From Actinomycetota bacterium (GTDB taxonomy: Bacteria > Actinomycetota > Thermoleophilia > Solirubrobacterales > Thermoleophilaceae), in the NCBI GenBank assembly GCA_046728795.1, contig JBKPFJ010000006.1:1-58792 (forward strand): a stretch of 58,792 nt of DNA, in the 5' to 3' direction. Below the pieces are notes generated by a model. It saw only the letters and a program-made list of their open reading frames with translations. It did not search any database and was not told the origin of the DNA. The translations under genes were made by a program, and so were the position numbers. Below are positions 26,213 through 35,993 of the stretch, one piece after another (within the stretch, counting starts at the first letter, position 1; each line of letters opens with the position of its first letter).

Positions 26213-29200
26213 ATGAATTTCACGGCCACCACCGCTCATACGCCCCGCACGCGCGAGCGGCGCGGCCGGCGCCTCTCACGCCCGCGGTCGCCGGAACGCC
26301 GCGAGGTCTCGCTCCAGGACAAGTACCTGCTGGAGGACGGCCGGATCTACCTCACCGGGCTCCAGGCGCTGGTGCGCGTGCCGCTGGACCAGCATCGCGC
26401 CGACCGGGGGCGGGGACTTCGTACCGCGACGTTCGTCTCCGGTTACCAGGGCTCGCCGCTGGGCGGGCTGGACAAGGAGCTCCAGCGGAACCGGGAGATC
26501 TGCGAGGACCATCACCTCTTCCACGTCCCCGGGCTGAACGAGGAGCTGGGCGCCACCTCCGCCTGGGGCTCCCAGCTCGCCTCGCAGCTCCCGTCGGCCC
26601 GCTACGACGGCGTGCTCGGCATGTGGTACGGCAAGGCGCCCGGCCTCGATCGCGCCATGGACTCCCTCCGCCACGGCAACTACGTGGGCGTCTCGCGCAC
26701 CGGCGGCGGCCTGGCGATGGTCGGTGACGACCCGAGCTGCAAGTCGTCCACGCTCCCGAGCGCGTCGGAGACCCTCTTCCAGAGCCTGCACATGCCGGTC
26801 TTCTATCCAGGCTCCGTGCAGGACGTGCTGGACCTCGGCCTACACGCCCTCGGCTGCTCGCGCGCCTCCGGGCTGTGGAGCGGCTTCAAGGTGATCACCG
26901 CCGTGGCCGACGGGGTTGGCACCGCCGAGGTGCACCCCGACCGCATCGTCCCGAGCCTCCCCGAGCTCCAATGGCAGGGCAGGTCGTACGAGCACCAGCC
27001 AAACGGCACGCTGCTGGCGCCCGCCTCGATGGACATGGAGCGCACGCTGTTCGGGCCGCGCACGCAGCTCGCGCTCGCCTACGCGCGCGAGAACGGCGTC
27101 AACCGCATCGAGGGCGCCCGTGACGCCTGGCTCGGCGTGGTCACCGCCGGCAAGAGCTACTACGACGTCCGCCAGGCGCTGCTCGACATGGGCCTCGACG
27201 AGCGCGCGCTCGAGCGGCACGGCATCAGGATCCTCAAGCTCGGGATGATCTGGCCGCTCGAGCCTGAGGTGGTCAAGGAGTTCGCCCACGGCCTCGAGGA
27301 GGTCCTCGTGGTCGAGGAGAAGCGCCCCTTCCTCGAGCCCGCGCTCAAGTCGGCGCTCTACGGGAGCCCGGACGCCCCCCGGGTGCTCGGCAAGGAGGGT
27401 GATCCCCTGCTGCCCGCCGAGTCGGACCTCGACGCGGACGTGATCGCTCGGGCGCTCGCCGATCGGCTGCGCACCCGGATCCGGATCGACTCGGTTGAGG
27501 CGCGCATCGCGCGGCTTGACGCCGGCCCGGGCGGCCCGCTCACGTTGCCGATGGCGGGCAACGGCGCCGCGCGGACGCCCTTCTTCTGCTCCGGCTGCCC
27601 GCACAACTCCTCGCTCAAGGCCCCCGAGGGGACGCTCGTCGGCGCCGGCATCGGCTGCCACACGATGACCCTTCTGAACCCCGAGGGCAAGGGCACGATC
27701 ACCGGGATCACCCAGATGGGCGGCGAGGGCGCGCAGTGGATCGGCATGGCTCCCTTCACCGAGGACCACCACTTCGTGCAGAACCTCGGCGACGGCACCT
27801 TCAGCCACTCGGGCTCGCTGGCCATCCGTGCGGCCGTCGCGGCCGGCGCGAACGTGACCTACAAGCTGCTCTACAACAACGCCGTGGCCATGACCGGCGG
27901 CCAAGCGGTCGAGGGCGGTCTGAACGTGCCCGACCTGACCCGGCTTCTCGAGCTCGAGGGTGTCAAGCGGATCATCGTCACCACCGAGGACACCGGGCGC
28001 TACCGGGGCGTGAAGCTGGCGCCGATCGCCGAACTCCGCCACCGGCGCGAGCTGCTCGCGGCGCAGGAGGAGCTCGCGGGGGTGGAGGGCGTGACCGTCC
28101 TGATCCACGACCAGGAGTGCGCCGCCGAGCTCCGTCGCAAGCGCAAGCGCGGCAAGGCCGCGGAGCCGAAGCAGCGCGTGTGGATCAACGAGCGAGTATG
28201 CGAGGGCTGCGGCGACTGCGGGCGCAAGTCGAGCTGCCTCTCGGTCGTGCCCACCGAGACTGAGTTCGGGCGCAAGACGCAGATCCACCAGGCCTCCTGC
28301 AACAAGGACTTCTCCTGTCTCGAGGGCGACTGCCCCTCGTTCCTCACAGTGGTCCCCGGCGAGAAGGCGAAGCACGAGGTGCCGCCCCTCGAGGTCGAGC
28401 TGCCGGAGCCCGCGCTCCCCGACGAGGCGGTCGTGCGGATGATGGGGATCGGCGGCACGGGGGTCGTGACCGTCGCCCAGATCCTCGGAATGGCCGCCCT
28501 CATCGACGGCAAGCACACGGCCGGGCTCGACCAAACGGGGCTCTCCCAGAAGGGCGGGCCGGTCGTCTCCGATATTCGCATCGCGACCGAGCCGATCCAG
28601 GGCTCCAACAAGAGCTCGGGCGCCGGCTGTGACGCCTACCTCGGCTTCGACCTGCTCGGCGCCGCATCGCCGAAGAACCTGACGGTTGCGGATCCGGGGC
28701 GGACCGTGGCCGTGGTCTCCACCAGCGCAGTGCCCACCGGCAAGATGGTGGTGGACACGGAATCGCGCTTCCCCGAGCTCGCCGCCCAGCTCGACGCCAT
28801 CGAGGCCCGCACGCGTGCGGGAGGCAATGTCTACCTCGACGCCCAGGCGCTCTCCGAGCGCCTGTTCGGCGACCACATGCCCACCAACATGCTGGTGCTG
28901 GGAGCCGCGTACCAGCGCGGAGCGCTGCCCGTGACCGCCGAGGCACTGGAACAGGCGATCCGCCTGAACGGGGCGGGGGTCGAGAAGAACCTCGCCGCAT
29001 TCGCCTGGGGCCGCGCCACGGTGGCGGCGCCCGACACGATCGAGGACGCCACCCGGCCCGGGCCGGCACCGGTGCGCGAGCTCGACAGCTTCGAGCGCGA
29101 GCAGGTCAACTCGCTGGCACCGGAGGACAGCGAGCTGCGGCGGCTGCTCGAGATCCGCCTCCCGGAGCTCGTGGCCTACGAGGACCGCCGCTACGCCGAG

Positions 29201-29773
29201 CGCTACGTCGGGGTGCTGCGGACCGTGAAGGCCGCCGAGGAGGAGCGCGCCCCGGGCCACTCCGAGATCGTCGAGGCGGCCGCGCGCCATCTCTTCAAGC
29301 TCATGGCCTACAAGGACGAGTACGAGGTCGCGCGGCTCCACCTCGACGCGGTCGAGCAGGCGAAGCTGCGCGCCGAGTTCGGCGAGGACGCCAAGGTCGC
29401 CTTCATGCTCCACCCTCCCCTCCTGCGGGCGATGGGGCTGAAGCGCAAGCTGAGGCTGGGTGGCTGGTTCACGCCGGGATTCCGGGCACTGCGCCGGGCG
29501 CGCCGGCTGCGGGGCACGGCGCTCGACCCCTTCGGCAGGCCCATGGTGCGCCGCGTGGAGCGGGCCCTGCCGGGCGAGTACGAGCAGCTGCTCCGCGAGG
29601 CGCTCGCGCAGCTCACGCCTGAGAACCACGCGACCGTGCTGGAGCTCGCCGAGCTCCCCGACGTGATCCGCGGTTACGAGGAGATCAAGCTGCGGGGCGT
29701 CGAGCGCTTCCGCGAGCGGGCCGCCGAGCTGCGCCAGACGCTCGGGGCGAGTGCTCCGCTGCGCACGGGGTAG
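26213..29773 (+). CDS. indolepyruvate/2-oxoacid:ferredoxin oxidoreductase family protein (fused alpha-beta)
   Basis: The 1186-aa ORF is preceded by GGAGGAGGAG 7 nt upstream. Features: TPP region GDGTFSHSG, ferredoxin cluster [13 protein letters not shown]...[13 protein letters not shown], and an IorB-like C-terminal half (GIGGTGVVT). Confidence 0.9.
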   Translation: MNFTATTAHTPRTRERRGRRLSRPRSPERREVSLQDKYLLEDGRIYLTGLQALVRVPLDQHRADRGRGLRTATFVSGYQGSPLGGLDKELQRNREICEDHHLFHVPGLNEELGATSAWGSQLASQLPSARYDGVLGMWYGKAPGLDRAMDSLRHGNYVGVSRTGGGLAMVGDDPSCKSSTLPSASETLFQSLHMPVFYPGSVQDVLDLGLHALGCSRASGLWSGFKVITAVADGVGTAEVHPDRIVPSLPELQWQGRSYEHQPNGTLLAPASMDMERTLFGPRTQLALAYARENGVNRIEGARDAWLGVVTAGKSYYDVRQALLDMGLDERALERHGIRILKLGMIWPLEPEVVKEFAHGLEEVLVVEEKRPFLEPALKSALYGSPDAPRVLGKEGDPLLPAESDLDADVIARALADRLRTRIRIDSVEARIARLDAGPGGPLTLPMAGNGAARTPFFCSGCPHNSSLKAPEGTLVGAGIGCHTMTLLNPEGKGTITGITQMGGEGAQWIGMAPFTEDHHFVQNLGDGTFSHSGSLAIRAAVAAGANVTYKLLYNNAVAMTGGQAVEGGLNVPDLTRLLELEGVKRIIVTTEDTGRYRGVKLAPIAELRHRRELLAAQEELAGVEGVTVLIHDQECAAELRRKRKRGKAAEPKQRVWINERVCEGCGDCGRKSSCLSVVPTETEFGRKTQIHQASCNKDFSCLEGDCPSFLTVVPGEKAKHEVPPLEVELPEPALPDEAVVRMMGIGGTGVVTVAQILGMAALIDGKHTAGLDQTGLSQKGGPVVSDIRIATEPIQGSNKSSGAGCDAYLGFDLLGAASPKNLTVADPGRTVAVVSTSAVPTGKMVVDTESRFPELAAQLDAIEARTRAGGNVYLDAQALSERLFGDHMPTNMLVLGAAYQRGALPVTAEALEQAIRLNGAGVEKNLAAFAWGRATVAAPDTIEDATRPGPAPVRELDSFEREQVNSLAPEDSELRRLLEIRLPELVAYEDRRYAERYVGVLRTVKAAEEERAPGHSEIVEAAARHLFKLMAYKDEYEVARLHLDAVEQAKLRAEFGEDAKVAFMLHPPLLRAMGLKRKLRLGGWFTPGFRALRRARRLRGTALDPFGRPMVRRVERALPGEYEQLLREALAQLTPENHATVLELAELPDVIRGYEEIKLRGVERFRERAAELRQTLGASAPLRTG

Positions 29774-29783
29774 AACGCCCTTC

Positions 29784-30611
29784 GTGGACAGCTTCACGAT
29801 CGGCAGCGACCTCGAGGTCCGCCGGCTCGGCTTCGGCGCCATGCGGATCACGGGCCCAGGTATCTGGGGGCCACCGGAAGACCCCGAACAGGCCAAGGCG
29901 GTTCTGCGGCGAGTGCCCGAGCTGGGCCTGAACCTGATCGACACGGCTGACTCGTACGGTCCCGAGGTGAGCGAGAACCTGATCGCCGAGGTCCTGCACC
30001 CGTACCCGGACGGCCTCGTGATCGCGACCAAGGGCGGCCTGCGGCGCACGGGACCCGGGCAGTGGCCGCGCGACGCTCGCCCCGAGCGGCTGAAGCGCTG
30101 CTGCGAGGACAGCCTCCGCCGGCTGAGGCTCGAGCGGATCGACCTGTACCAGCTCCACTCGCCGGATCGGAAGGTCCCTTTCGAGGACTCGGTCGGCGCG
30201 CTCAGGGAGCTCCAGGGCGAGGGCAAGATCAAGCACGTCGGGCTCTCGAACGTGAGCGTCGACCAGCTCCGGCGCGCCCGAGAGATCGTCGAGGTGGTCA
30301 CCGTCCAGAACCGCTACAACCTCACCGACCGCGCCTCGGAGGCGGTGCTCGAGGCGTGCGAGCGTGACGGGCTCGGCTTCATCCCCTGGTTCCCGCTTGC
30401 CACGGGCAGCCTGGCGCGGCCCGGCGGTCCGCTGGATGAGATTGCGCGATCCCACGACGCGACCCCTGCGCAGGTCGCGCTCGCCTGGCTGCTCCGGCGC
30501 TCGCCGTCGATGCTGCCGATCCCAGGCACCTCCTCGGTTGTCCATCTCGAGGAAAACGTCGCGGCGGCCCAGCTCGAGCTTTCGGACGAGGAGATGGAGA
30601 GGCTCCGCTAG
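29784..30611 (+). CDS. aldo/keto reductase
   Basis: GTG 29784 lies 10 nt after the preceding stop. Motifs: [30 protein letters not shown]. Confidence 0.9.
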   Translation: MDSFTIGSDLEVRRLGFGAMRITGPGIWGPPEDPEQAKAVLRRVPELGLNLIDTADSYGPEVSENLIAEVLHPYPDGLVIATKGGLRRTGPGQWPRDARPERLKRCCEDSLRRLRLERIDLYQLHSPDRKVPFEDSVGALRELQGEGKIKHVGLSNVSVDQLRRAREIVEVVTVQNRYNLTDRASEAVLEACERDGLGFIPWFPLATGSLARPGGPLDEIARSHDATPAQVALAWLLRRSPSMLPIPGTSSVVHLEENVAAAQLELSDEEMERLR

Positions 30612-30621
30612 CGTCACGGTC

Positions 30622-31209
30622 ATGCGGATTGGGGTGCTCGGCGCGGGAAGGATCGGCGGGACGCTCGCTCGCAGCTGGCTCGACGCCGGTCACGAGCTGC
30701 TCGTCTCCTCGCGGCACCCGGAGGAGATAAAGAGCCTGCCGGCGGGGGAGCGGCGCCAAGCGGCCGAGTTCGGGGATGTCGTGCTGCTGGCGGTGCCCTG
30801 GGTCGCCATGACCGAGACGGCCGACCTCGCGGCCACGGCTGTGGCCGGCAAGGTGCTGATCGACGCCACCAACGCCTTTGGAGCAGGCGGGCCGCTCGAT
30901 CTCGGCGATCAGGGATCGAGCGAGATAGTGGCCGAGCGCTTCCTCGGCACACGGCTGGTGAAGTGCTTCAACACGATCGTCTGGTCGCGCCTGCGCGACG
31001 AGGGGCGCCTCCCGGGCGACCCCGGGCGCCTCGCGGTCTTCGTGGCCGGCGATGACGACGCGGCAAAGGACACCGTCGCCGCTCTCGCGTCAGACGCCGG
31101 CTTCGACGCGGTCGACGCCGGCTCGTTGCGGGACGGGCGGCGGCTTCAGCCGGATGGGCCGGTCTTCAACGTGCCGCTCACTGCCGGCGAGGCGCGCGAG
31201 CGGCTGTGA
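30622..31209 (+). CDS. NAD(P)-binding, NADPH-dependent F420 reductase-like protein
   Basis: ATG 30622 gives MRIGVLGAGRIGGTLA (Rossmann), followed by LLAVPW and DAGSLRDGRRLQP, typical of the Npd/F420 oxidoreductase family. Confidence 0.7.
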   Translation: MRIGVLGAGRIGGTLARSWLDAGHELLVSSRHPEEIKSLPAGERRQAAEFGDVVLLAVPWVAMTETADLAATAVAGKVLIDATNAFGAGGPLDLGDQGSSEIVAERFLGTRLVKCFNTIVWSRLRDEGRLPGDPGRLAVFVAGDDDAAKDTVAALASDAGFDAVDAGSLRDGRRLQPDGPVFNVPLTAGEARERL

Positions 31210-32060
31210 CCGCCCCGCTGCTCGGGGTCTTCGTCGTGCCGGAGGCCGAACGGGCGAAGCGGGTGCTAGATCAGGTACGGGTCGCGGAGCGTGAAGGTCT
31301 CGACCTCGTGGGGATCCAGGACCACCCGTACCAGCGCCGCTTTCTCGACACCTGGACACTGCTCGGCTGGCTCGCCGGGCGAACAGAGCGCATACGGCTC
31401 TTCCCCGATGTCGCGAACCTGCCCCTGCGACCGCCCGCGGTGCTTGCCAAGGCGTCGGCCTCGCTGGACCTGCTGAGTGGCGGCCGCTTCGAGCTCGGGC
31501 TCGGAGCGGGCAGCTTCTGGGACGCGATCGGGGCCTTCGGCGGACCCGTCCGCTCCGGCCCCGAGTCGGTGGACGCGCTCGAGGAGGCGATCGCCGTGAT
31601 CCGGGCCGTGTGGGCGGGGGAGGGGAACGTCGAGGGTGAGCACTACCGGTTGCGGGGTGCGAAGCCGGGACCGCCCCCCGCCCACGAGATCGGGATCTGG
31701 CTGGGCGCGTACGGACCGAGGATGATGAGCGTGACCGGACGGCTGGCCGACGGCTGGCTCCCAAGCCTGCCGCGGCTGCCACTCGAGGACGTGCCGGCCC
31801 GGCGCGCGATGCTAGACGAGGCCGCTCGGGCGGCGGGGCGTGACCCCTCGGAGGTGCTCCGAATCGCCAACGTGAACGGCCGCATCGCGGCCGAGCACAC
31901 CGGCTGGCTCCAGGGGCCGCCCGATCACTGGGCCGAGGAGCTCTCGCGGCTCGTGGCCGAGCTCGGCTTCGACGGCTTCGTCATGTGGTCGGACGGCGAC
32001 CCCCTGGAGCAGACCGAGCGGTTCGCCCGCGAGGTCGCCCCCGCGGTGCGCTCGGCTTAA
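31206..32060 (+). CDS. LLM class (luciferase-like) flavin/F420-dependent oxidoreductase
   Basis: GTGA start-stop overlap with the preceding gene. Motifs: GLDLVGIQDHPY, SLDLLSGGRFELGLGAG, LADGWLP. Confidence 0.85.
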   Translation: MTAPLLGVFVVPEAERAKRVLDQVRVAEREGLDLVGIQDHPYQRRFLDTWTLLGWLAGRTERIRLFPDVANLPLRPPAVLAKASASLDLLSGGRFELGLGAGSFWDAIGAFGGPVRSGPESVDALEEAIAVIRAVWAGEGNVEGEHYRLRGAKPGPPPAHEIGIWLGAYGPRMMSVTGRLADGWLPSLPRLPLEDVPARRAMLDEAARAAGRDPSEVLRIANVNGRIAAEHTGWLQGPPDHWAEELSRLVAELGFDGFVMWSDGDPLEQTERFAREVAPAVRSA

Positions 32061-32932
32061 GCCGCCTCGCGGAGCGCGGCGAGGTCGTCGTCGTGCGCGA
32101 GGCGCCTGAGCGCCCGGTCCTCGATCTGGCGGACCCGCTCGCTGGAGAGCCCGAGCCGGCGGCCGGTCTCGCGGAGGGCGACCGGCTCCTCCGGGCCGAG
32201 CCCGAAGCGAAGGGTGAGCACGTTTCGCTCCGCCTCGGGCAGGTGGCCCACCGCCTTGCGCACCGTGGCATCCTCCATCGACGAGACCACCTCAGCGTCG
32301 GGACCGGGATCATCGCGGGGGATCAGTTCCCCCAGCGAGGTCTCGCCGGACTCGCCGACGCCCTGGTCGAGGCTCGTGGGCGCCCGATCGGCGTTGCGGA
32401 TGTCCTCGACCTCGCCGACCGGGATCTCTACCTTCTCGGCGATCTCCTCGACCGTCGGCTCGCGCCCGAGCTCGGCCGCCAGCGCCCGCTCGGCGTCCGC
32501 GATCTTGCGCGCCCGCGCGCCGATGTGCACCGGGAGTCGGACCGTGCGGCTCGAATTGGCGAGACCGCGGCCGATCGACTGCCGGATCCAGAGCGTGCCG
32601 TAGGTGGAGAACTTGAAGCCCTTGCGCCAGTCGAACTTCTCGACGGCGCGGATCAGGCCGAGCATGCCCTCCTGGATCAGGTCGCCCAGGGGCAGACCCT
32701 GGCCCTGGTACTTCCGAGCCACCGAGATCACGAGGCGCAGGTTCGAGTTGATCATCCGCTCCTTGGCCGCTAGGTCACCGCGCTCGATCCGCTTGGCGAG
32801 CTCGACCTCCTCCTCGGCCGTGAGCAGGGGGTACTTTCGCGCTTCGTTGAAGAAGAGCTGGAGGGAGTCCGTCGTGGGCTCCGACATCACCTGCTGAGTC
32901 GTGACTGCCTCTTTCGTTAGAAGGTTTGACAT
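32057..32932 (-). CDS. RNA polymerase sigma factor, RpoD/SigA-like group 2 (no region 1.1)
   Basis: Region 2 is LIQEGMLGLIRAVEKFDWRKGFKFSTYGTLWIRQSI. Regions 3 and 4.2 are present (ETGRRLGLSSERVRQIEDRALRRL). An alternative ATG lies at 32887. Confidence 0.9.
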   Translation of the reverse strand: MSNLLTKEAVTTQQVMSEPTTDSLQLFFNEARKYPLLTAEEEVELAKRIERGDLAAKERMINSNLRLVISVARKYQGQGLPLGDLIQEGMLGLIRAVEKFDWRKGFKFSTYGTLWIRQSIGRGLANSSRTVRLPVHIGARARKIADAERALAAELGREPTVEEIAEKVEIPVGEVEDIRNADRAPTSLDQGVGESGETSLGELIPRDDPGPDAEVVSSMEDATVRKAVGHLPEAERNVLTLRFGLGPEEPVALRETGRRLGLSSERVRQIEDRALRRLAHDDDLAALREAA

Positions 32933-32941
32933 CTGTCGAAC

Positions 32942-32970
32942 AGTATAGCGCTTCAGCTAATCTTTCGTAA
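32942..32970 (-). promoter_or_regulatory. candidate promoter TTACGA-N17-TATACT upstream of the sigma factor gene
   Basis: On the minus strand the -35 hexamer is 32970..32965 and the -10 hexamer is 32947..32942. The -10 ends 10 nt before ATG 32932. The region is locally AT-rich. Confidence 0.4.
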
Positions 32971-32972
32971 GT

Positions 32973-33668
32973 ATGGTGGGTCGTGCTTCGCCTTCGGGAC
33001 GGGCTGATGGGGTCTCCGTTGTCCTGAGGGCGGTCGTCTTCGACATGGACGGGGTCCTCATCGACTCCGAGGAGCTCTGGGACGAGGCCCGCGGGGCCTT
33101 CGCGCGAGAGGCCGGCGGACGCTGGCACGAGCGGGCCCAGCGGGACATGATGGGCATGAGCTCCACCGAGTGGTCCCGCTACATGCACGACGAGCTGAGC
33201 GTGCCGCTCGCGCCGGAGCGAATCAATCGAGGGGTGGTGCTGCGGATGGAGGCCCTGTACCGCGAGCGCCTGCCGCTGATCGAGGGAGCCCGGGAGGCGG
33301 TCGACCGGCTGGCGGCCCGCTGGCCGCTCGCGATCGCCTCCTCGGCGAACCGAGAGCTGATCGACCTGGCGCTCGAGCTGGCGGGTCTGGCCGGGCGCTT
33401 CGAGGCCGGCGTCTCCTCGGAGGAGGTCGCGCGCGGGAAGCCGGCCCCCGACGTCTATCTCGAGGCCGCACGGCGACTCGGCGTGGACGCCCGCGAATGC
33501 GCGGCGGTTGAGGACTCCGAGAACGGCATCCGTTCCGCCAAGGCGGCGGGCATGCGCGTGGTCGCCGTGCCCAACCGGGCGTTTCCCCCATCGCCCGAGG
33601 CGCTCGCGGAGGCCGACGCGGTCGTCCCCGACCTCCGTTCGCTGGATGACGGCGCGATCACCGGGTAG
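32973..33668 (+). CDS. HAD family hydrolase (beta-phosphoglucomutase-like subfamily IA)
   Basis: Motif I is VVFDMDGVLIDSE. Other motifs are IASSANRE and VEDSENGIRSAKAAGM. Confidence 0.85.
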   Translation: MVGRASPSGRADGVSVVLRAVVFDMDGVLIDSEELWDEARGAFAREAGGRWHERAQRDMMGMSSTEWSRYMHDELSVPLAPERINRGVVLRMEALYRERLPLIEGAREAVDRLAARWPLAIASSANRELIDLALELAGLAGRFEAGVSSEEVARGKPAPDVYLEAARRLGVDARECAAVEDSENGIRSAKAAGMRVVAVPNRAFPPSPEALAEADAVVPDLRSLDDGAITG

Positions 33669-33677
33669 CCAGTACCT

Positions 33678-34322
33678 GTGCGCGTCGCCTGGGCGCTCTT
33701 CGACCTCAACGGCACGCTGCTGGATCCATCCGGGATAGGCGAGCCGCTCGGGCTGGGCCCGGAGCAATCAGCCGCCGCGTTCGACGATGCGGTCACGGCC
33801 TCGATGGCAGAGACCCTGTCGGGCGGCTACAGGCCCTTGCCTGGGCTGGTCGGGGCGGCACTGCGTCGTCGCGCGGAGGTCGCGGGCCGGCCACTCGGGG
33901 GCCTCGAGGAGGCGCTCGACAGGGCGGCGCACATGCCGGCCTACCCCGAGGCGGGAGATGCGCTGGCCACGCTCAGGGCGCGCGGGGTGCATCCCGGCGT
34001 GCTCACGAACAGCCCCCGCGCGGGTGCCGAGGAGGCGCTCGAGGCCGCGGGGCTCGAGGTCGACCTGGTCGCGGGCTCGGACGCGGTAGAGGCCTTCAAG
34101 CCCGACCCGCGCCTCTATCGGCACGGGCTTGCCGCCGCGCGGGCCGAGCCGTGGGAGGCGTGCCTCGTGGCCGCCCATTGGTGGGACCTGCTCGGCGCCG
34201 CCCGGGCCGGGCTGCGCACGGCCTGGGTAGCGCGCAAGGAGGAGGCGCTCTTCGCAACTGTCGAGCCCGACCTTTCGGGGCGGGATCTGCTCGCGGCGGT
34301 TGAGCGGCTCGAGGCCGGGTAG
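33678..34322 (+). CDS. HAD family hydrolase (haloacid dehalogenase type II-like)
   Basis: Motif I is ALFDLNGTLLD. Other motifs are VLTNS, FKPDPRLY and VAAHWWDLLGA. Confidence 0.8.
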   Translation: MRVAWALFDLNGTLLDPSGIGEPLGLGPEQSAAAFDDAVTASMAETLSGGYRPLPGLVGAALRRRAEVAGRPLGGLEEALDRAAHMPAYPEAGDALATLRARGVHPGVLTNSPRAGAEEALEAAGLEVDLVAGSDAVEAFKPDPRLYRHGLAAARAEPWEACLVAAHWWDLLGAARAGLRTAWVARKEEALFATVEPDLSGRDLLAAVERLEAG

Positions 34323-34360
34323 GGTCTGCTGGGAGTCCCGATCCAAGGGAGGTACGGAAC

Positions 34361-35500
34361 GTGCAGGTGAGCGCCCCCGAGCGAGACGACCTCAGGCGGC
34401 TCTCGGAGCTCAGGCTCGAAGGGCCGCGCGTCCTCACGGTGTACCTCGACCTGCGACCGAGCGAGTTCGCCACGGGCGCGGCGCGCGCCAGCGCGGTGAG
34501 GTCCGTCCTCGACCAGGCGGAGCGGCGCATCCGAGGCGACCGGGAGCTCGACCACGAGGACCGGAGGGACCTCGAGCGAAGCTTCGCCCGGGTCCGCACC
34601 GAGCTCGAGTCGGCGGTTGCGTCGGCGAAGGGCGCGCATGCACTGGCGGTCTTCAGCTCGGACGAAGCGGGGCTGTTCGAGGTAATTCGGGTGCCGCACG
34701 AGGTCGAGTCGCAGGTCGTGATCGGCCACTCGCCGCACGTGGCCCCGCTCGCCACGCTGGTGCGCGAGGACGACTGGTGCGTCGTCCTCGTGAACCGCAG
34801 CGCAGCGCGAGTGCTGCGTGGCTCGCCGGAGCGGCTCGTGGAGGTCGCGGGCTTCGAGGACGACGTCCATGGCCAGCACGACCAGGGCGGCTGGTCTCAG
34901 GCCCGCTACCAGCGCTCCGTGGACAAGGAGGCCTCGGACCATCTGAAGAAGGCGGCCCAGGCTCTCTTCCGCCACTACGAGCGGGGCCCCTTCGAGCATC
35001 TCCTGATCGGCGGGCCGACGGAGACCACGCCCGAGTTCCAGGCGAAGCTCCATCCATACGTGGCGGCGCGGGTGGTCAGGCGCGTGGAGGTCGACGTGGA
35101 GAACACGACGCCGGAGGAGGTGCTCGCAGCCGCCCGGCCGGTGATGGAGGAGGCGGAGCGCGCCACGGAGCGCGAGGCCCTCGACCGAGTTGCCTCGGGT
35201 GCGCGCGCCGTGGCGGGCATGGAGGACGTCGTGTGGGCCCTGAACGAGCACCGCGTCGAGCTATTGCTCCTCGACGAGCACTTCAGCGCGGTGGGTCTGG
35301 TCTGCCCCCGTTGCGGCTGGCTCGGTTCCGGCCCGGAAGGCGCCGGCAGCTGCCCGGCTGACGGGACCGAGCTCGAGACCGCGGATCTCGCCGAGCTGGC
35401 GGTGGAGCGTGCCCTCCAGCAGTCCGCGGCCGTACGAACCGTGCGCCACTACGACGACCTGCGCGACCGCGGTGGCGTAGGCGCCCTGCTGCGCTTCTAG
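34361..35500 (+). CDS. bacterial eRF1-like (baeRF) / Vms1-Ankzf1 family peptidyl-tRNA hydrolase-like protein
   Basis: GTG start with GGGAGG 8 nt upstream. Central loop HGQHDQGGWSQARYQRS is GGQ-like. The three-domain length (379 aa) and the motifs LTVYLDL and VVLVNRSAARV fit this family. A C-terminal insert carries CPRC...SC. Confidence 0.7.
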   Translation: MQVSAPERDDLRRLSELRLEGPRVLTVYLDLRPSEFATGAARASAVRSVLDQAERRIRGDRELDHEDRRDLERSFARVRTELESAVASAKGAHALAVFSSDEAGLFEVIRVPHEVESQVVIGHSPHVAPLATLVREDDWCVVLVNRSAARVLRGSPERLVEVAGFEDDVHGQHDQGGWSQARYQRSVDKEASDHLKKAAQALFRHYERGPFEHLLIGGPTETTPEFQAKLHPYVAARVVRRVEVDVENTTPEEVLAAARPVMEEAERATEREALDRVASGARAVAGMEDVVWALNEHRVELLLLDEHFSAVGLVCPRCGWLGSGPEGAGSCPADGTELETADLAELAVERALQQSAAVRTVRHYDDLRDRGGVGALLRF

Positions 35501-35928
35501 GACACGAGCGCCTTCGAGAGCAGGTCGCGGAGGGTGCGCTGATCAGCGCGCGGGAGGGCGGCGAGCTCGGCTGGGGGCACGGCGAGCCGGGCCATGATCT
35601 CGGCGCGCACGCGCGCGCCCTCCTCGGTGACCGCGAGGTTCTTCACCCGGCGGTCGTGGGCCGCGCCCCGGCGCTCGATCAGGCCGCGGGCCTCGAGCCT
35701 GTCGACGATTCCGGTTACGTTCGAGGCGTCGCAGTGAAGCGAACCGGCCAGCGCGCTCATCGAGAGCTCGACCCCCGGCTCGAGCAGACGCAGGGCGTGC
35801 ATCTGCATCGGGGCGAGGTCGAACTCGCTCGCGATGGCCACGAAGCGCGGCTTGCCTCCGGTGAGGAAGAGCCGGGTCATCAGGGCCCATGCCTCGGCGG
35901 CCGGATCCGCCTTGACCGAAGTGCTCAT
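35497..35928 (-). CDS. MarR family transcriptional regulator
   Basis: wHTH region MQMHALRLLEPG...SMSALAGSLHCDASNVTGIVDRLEARGLIERR. The start is taken at ATG 35928 (MSTSVKAD); the longest ORF start is 35970. Confidence 0.9.
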   Translation of the reverse strand: MSTSVKADPAAEAWALMTRLFLTGGKPRFVAIASEFDLAPMQMHALRLLEPGVELSMSALAGSLHCDASNVTGIVDRLEARGLIERRGAAHDRRVKNLAVTEEGARVRAEIMARLAVPPAELAALPRADQRTLRDLLSKALVS

Positions 35929-35993
35929 GCTCGCATCATAGTCCATCCACGAAATATTTGATGCACTCAACTAGTTCGCTAGACTGCGGACCC

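Noticed and set aside
26840-30301. A 1153-aa ORF antisense to the oxidoreductase gene. Similar giant antisense ORFs occur at 6049..7962 (opposite ftsH), 4426..5871, 8157..9083, 16595..18184, 17755..19449 and 11674..12750.
   Set aside because: Their translations are Arg/Gly/Pro/Ala-biased and carry no motif I recognise. The opposite strand carries clear catalytic signatures in every case. Long shadow ORFs like these are expected at this GC content.
35929-35993. CTAGTTCGCTAG in the MarR/ABC divergent region, considered as a MarR operator.
   Set aside because: It is a direct repeat of CTAG, not a convincing inverted repeat of operator length. I could not support a site call by eye.
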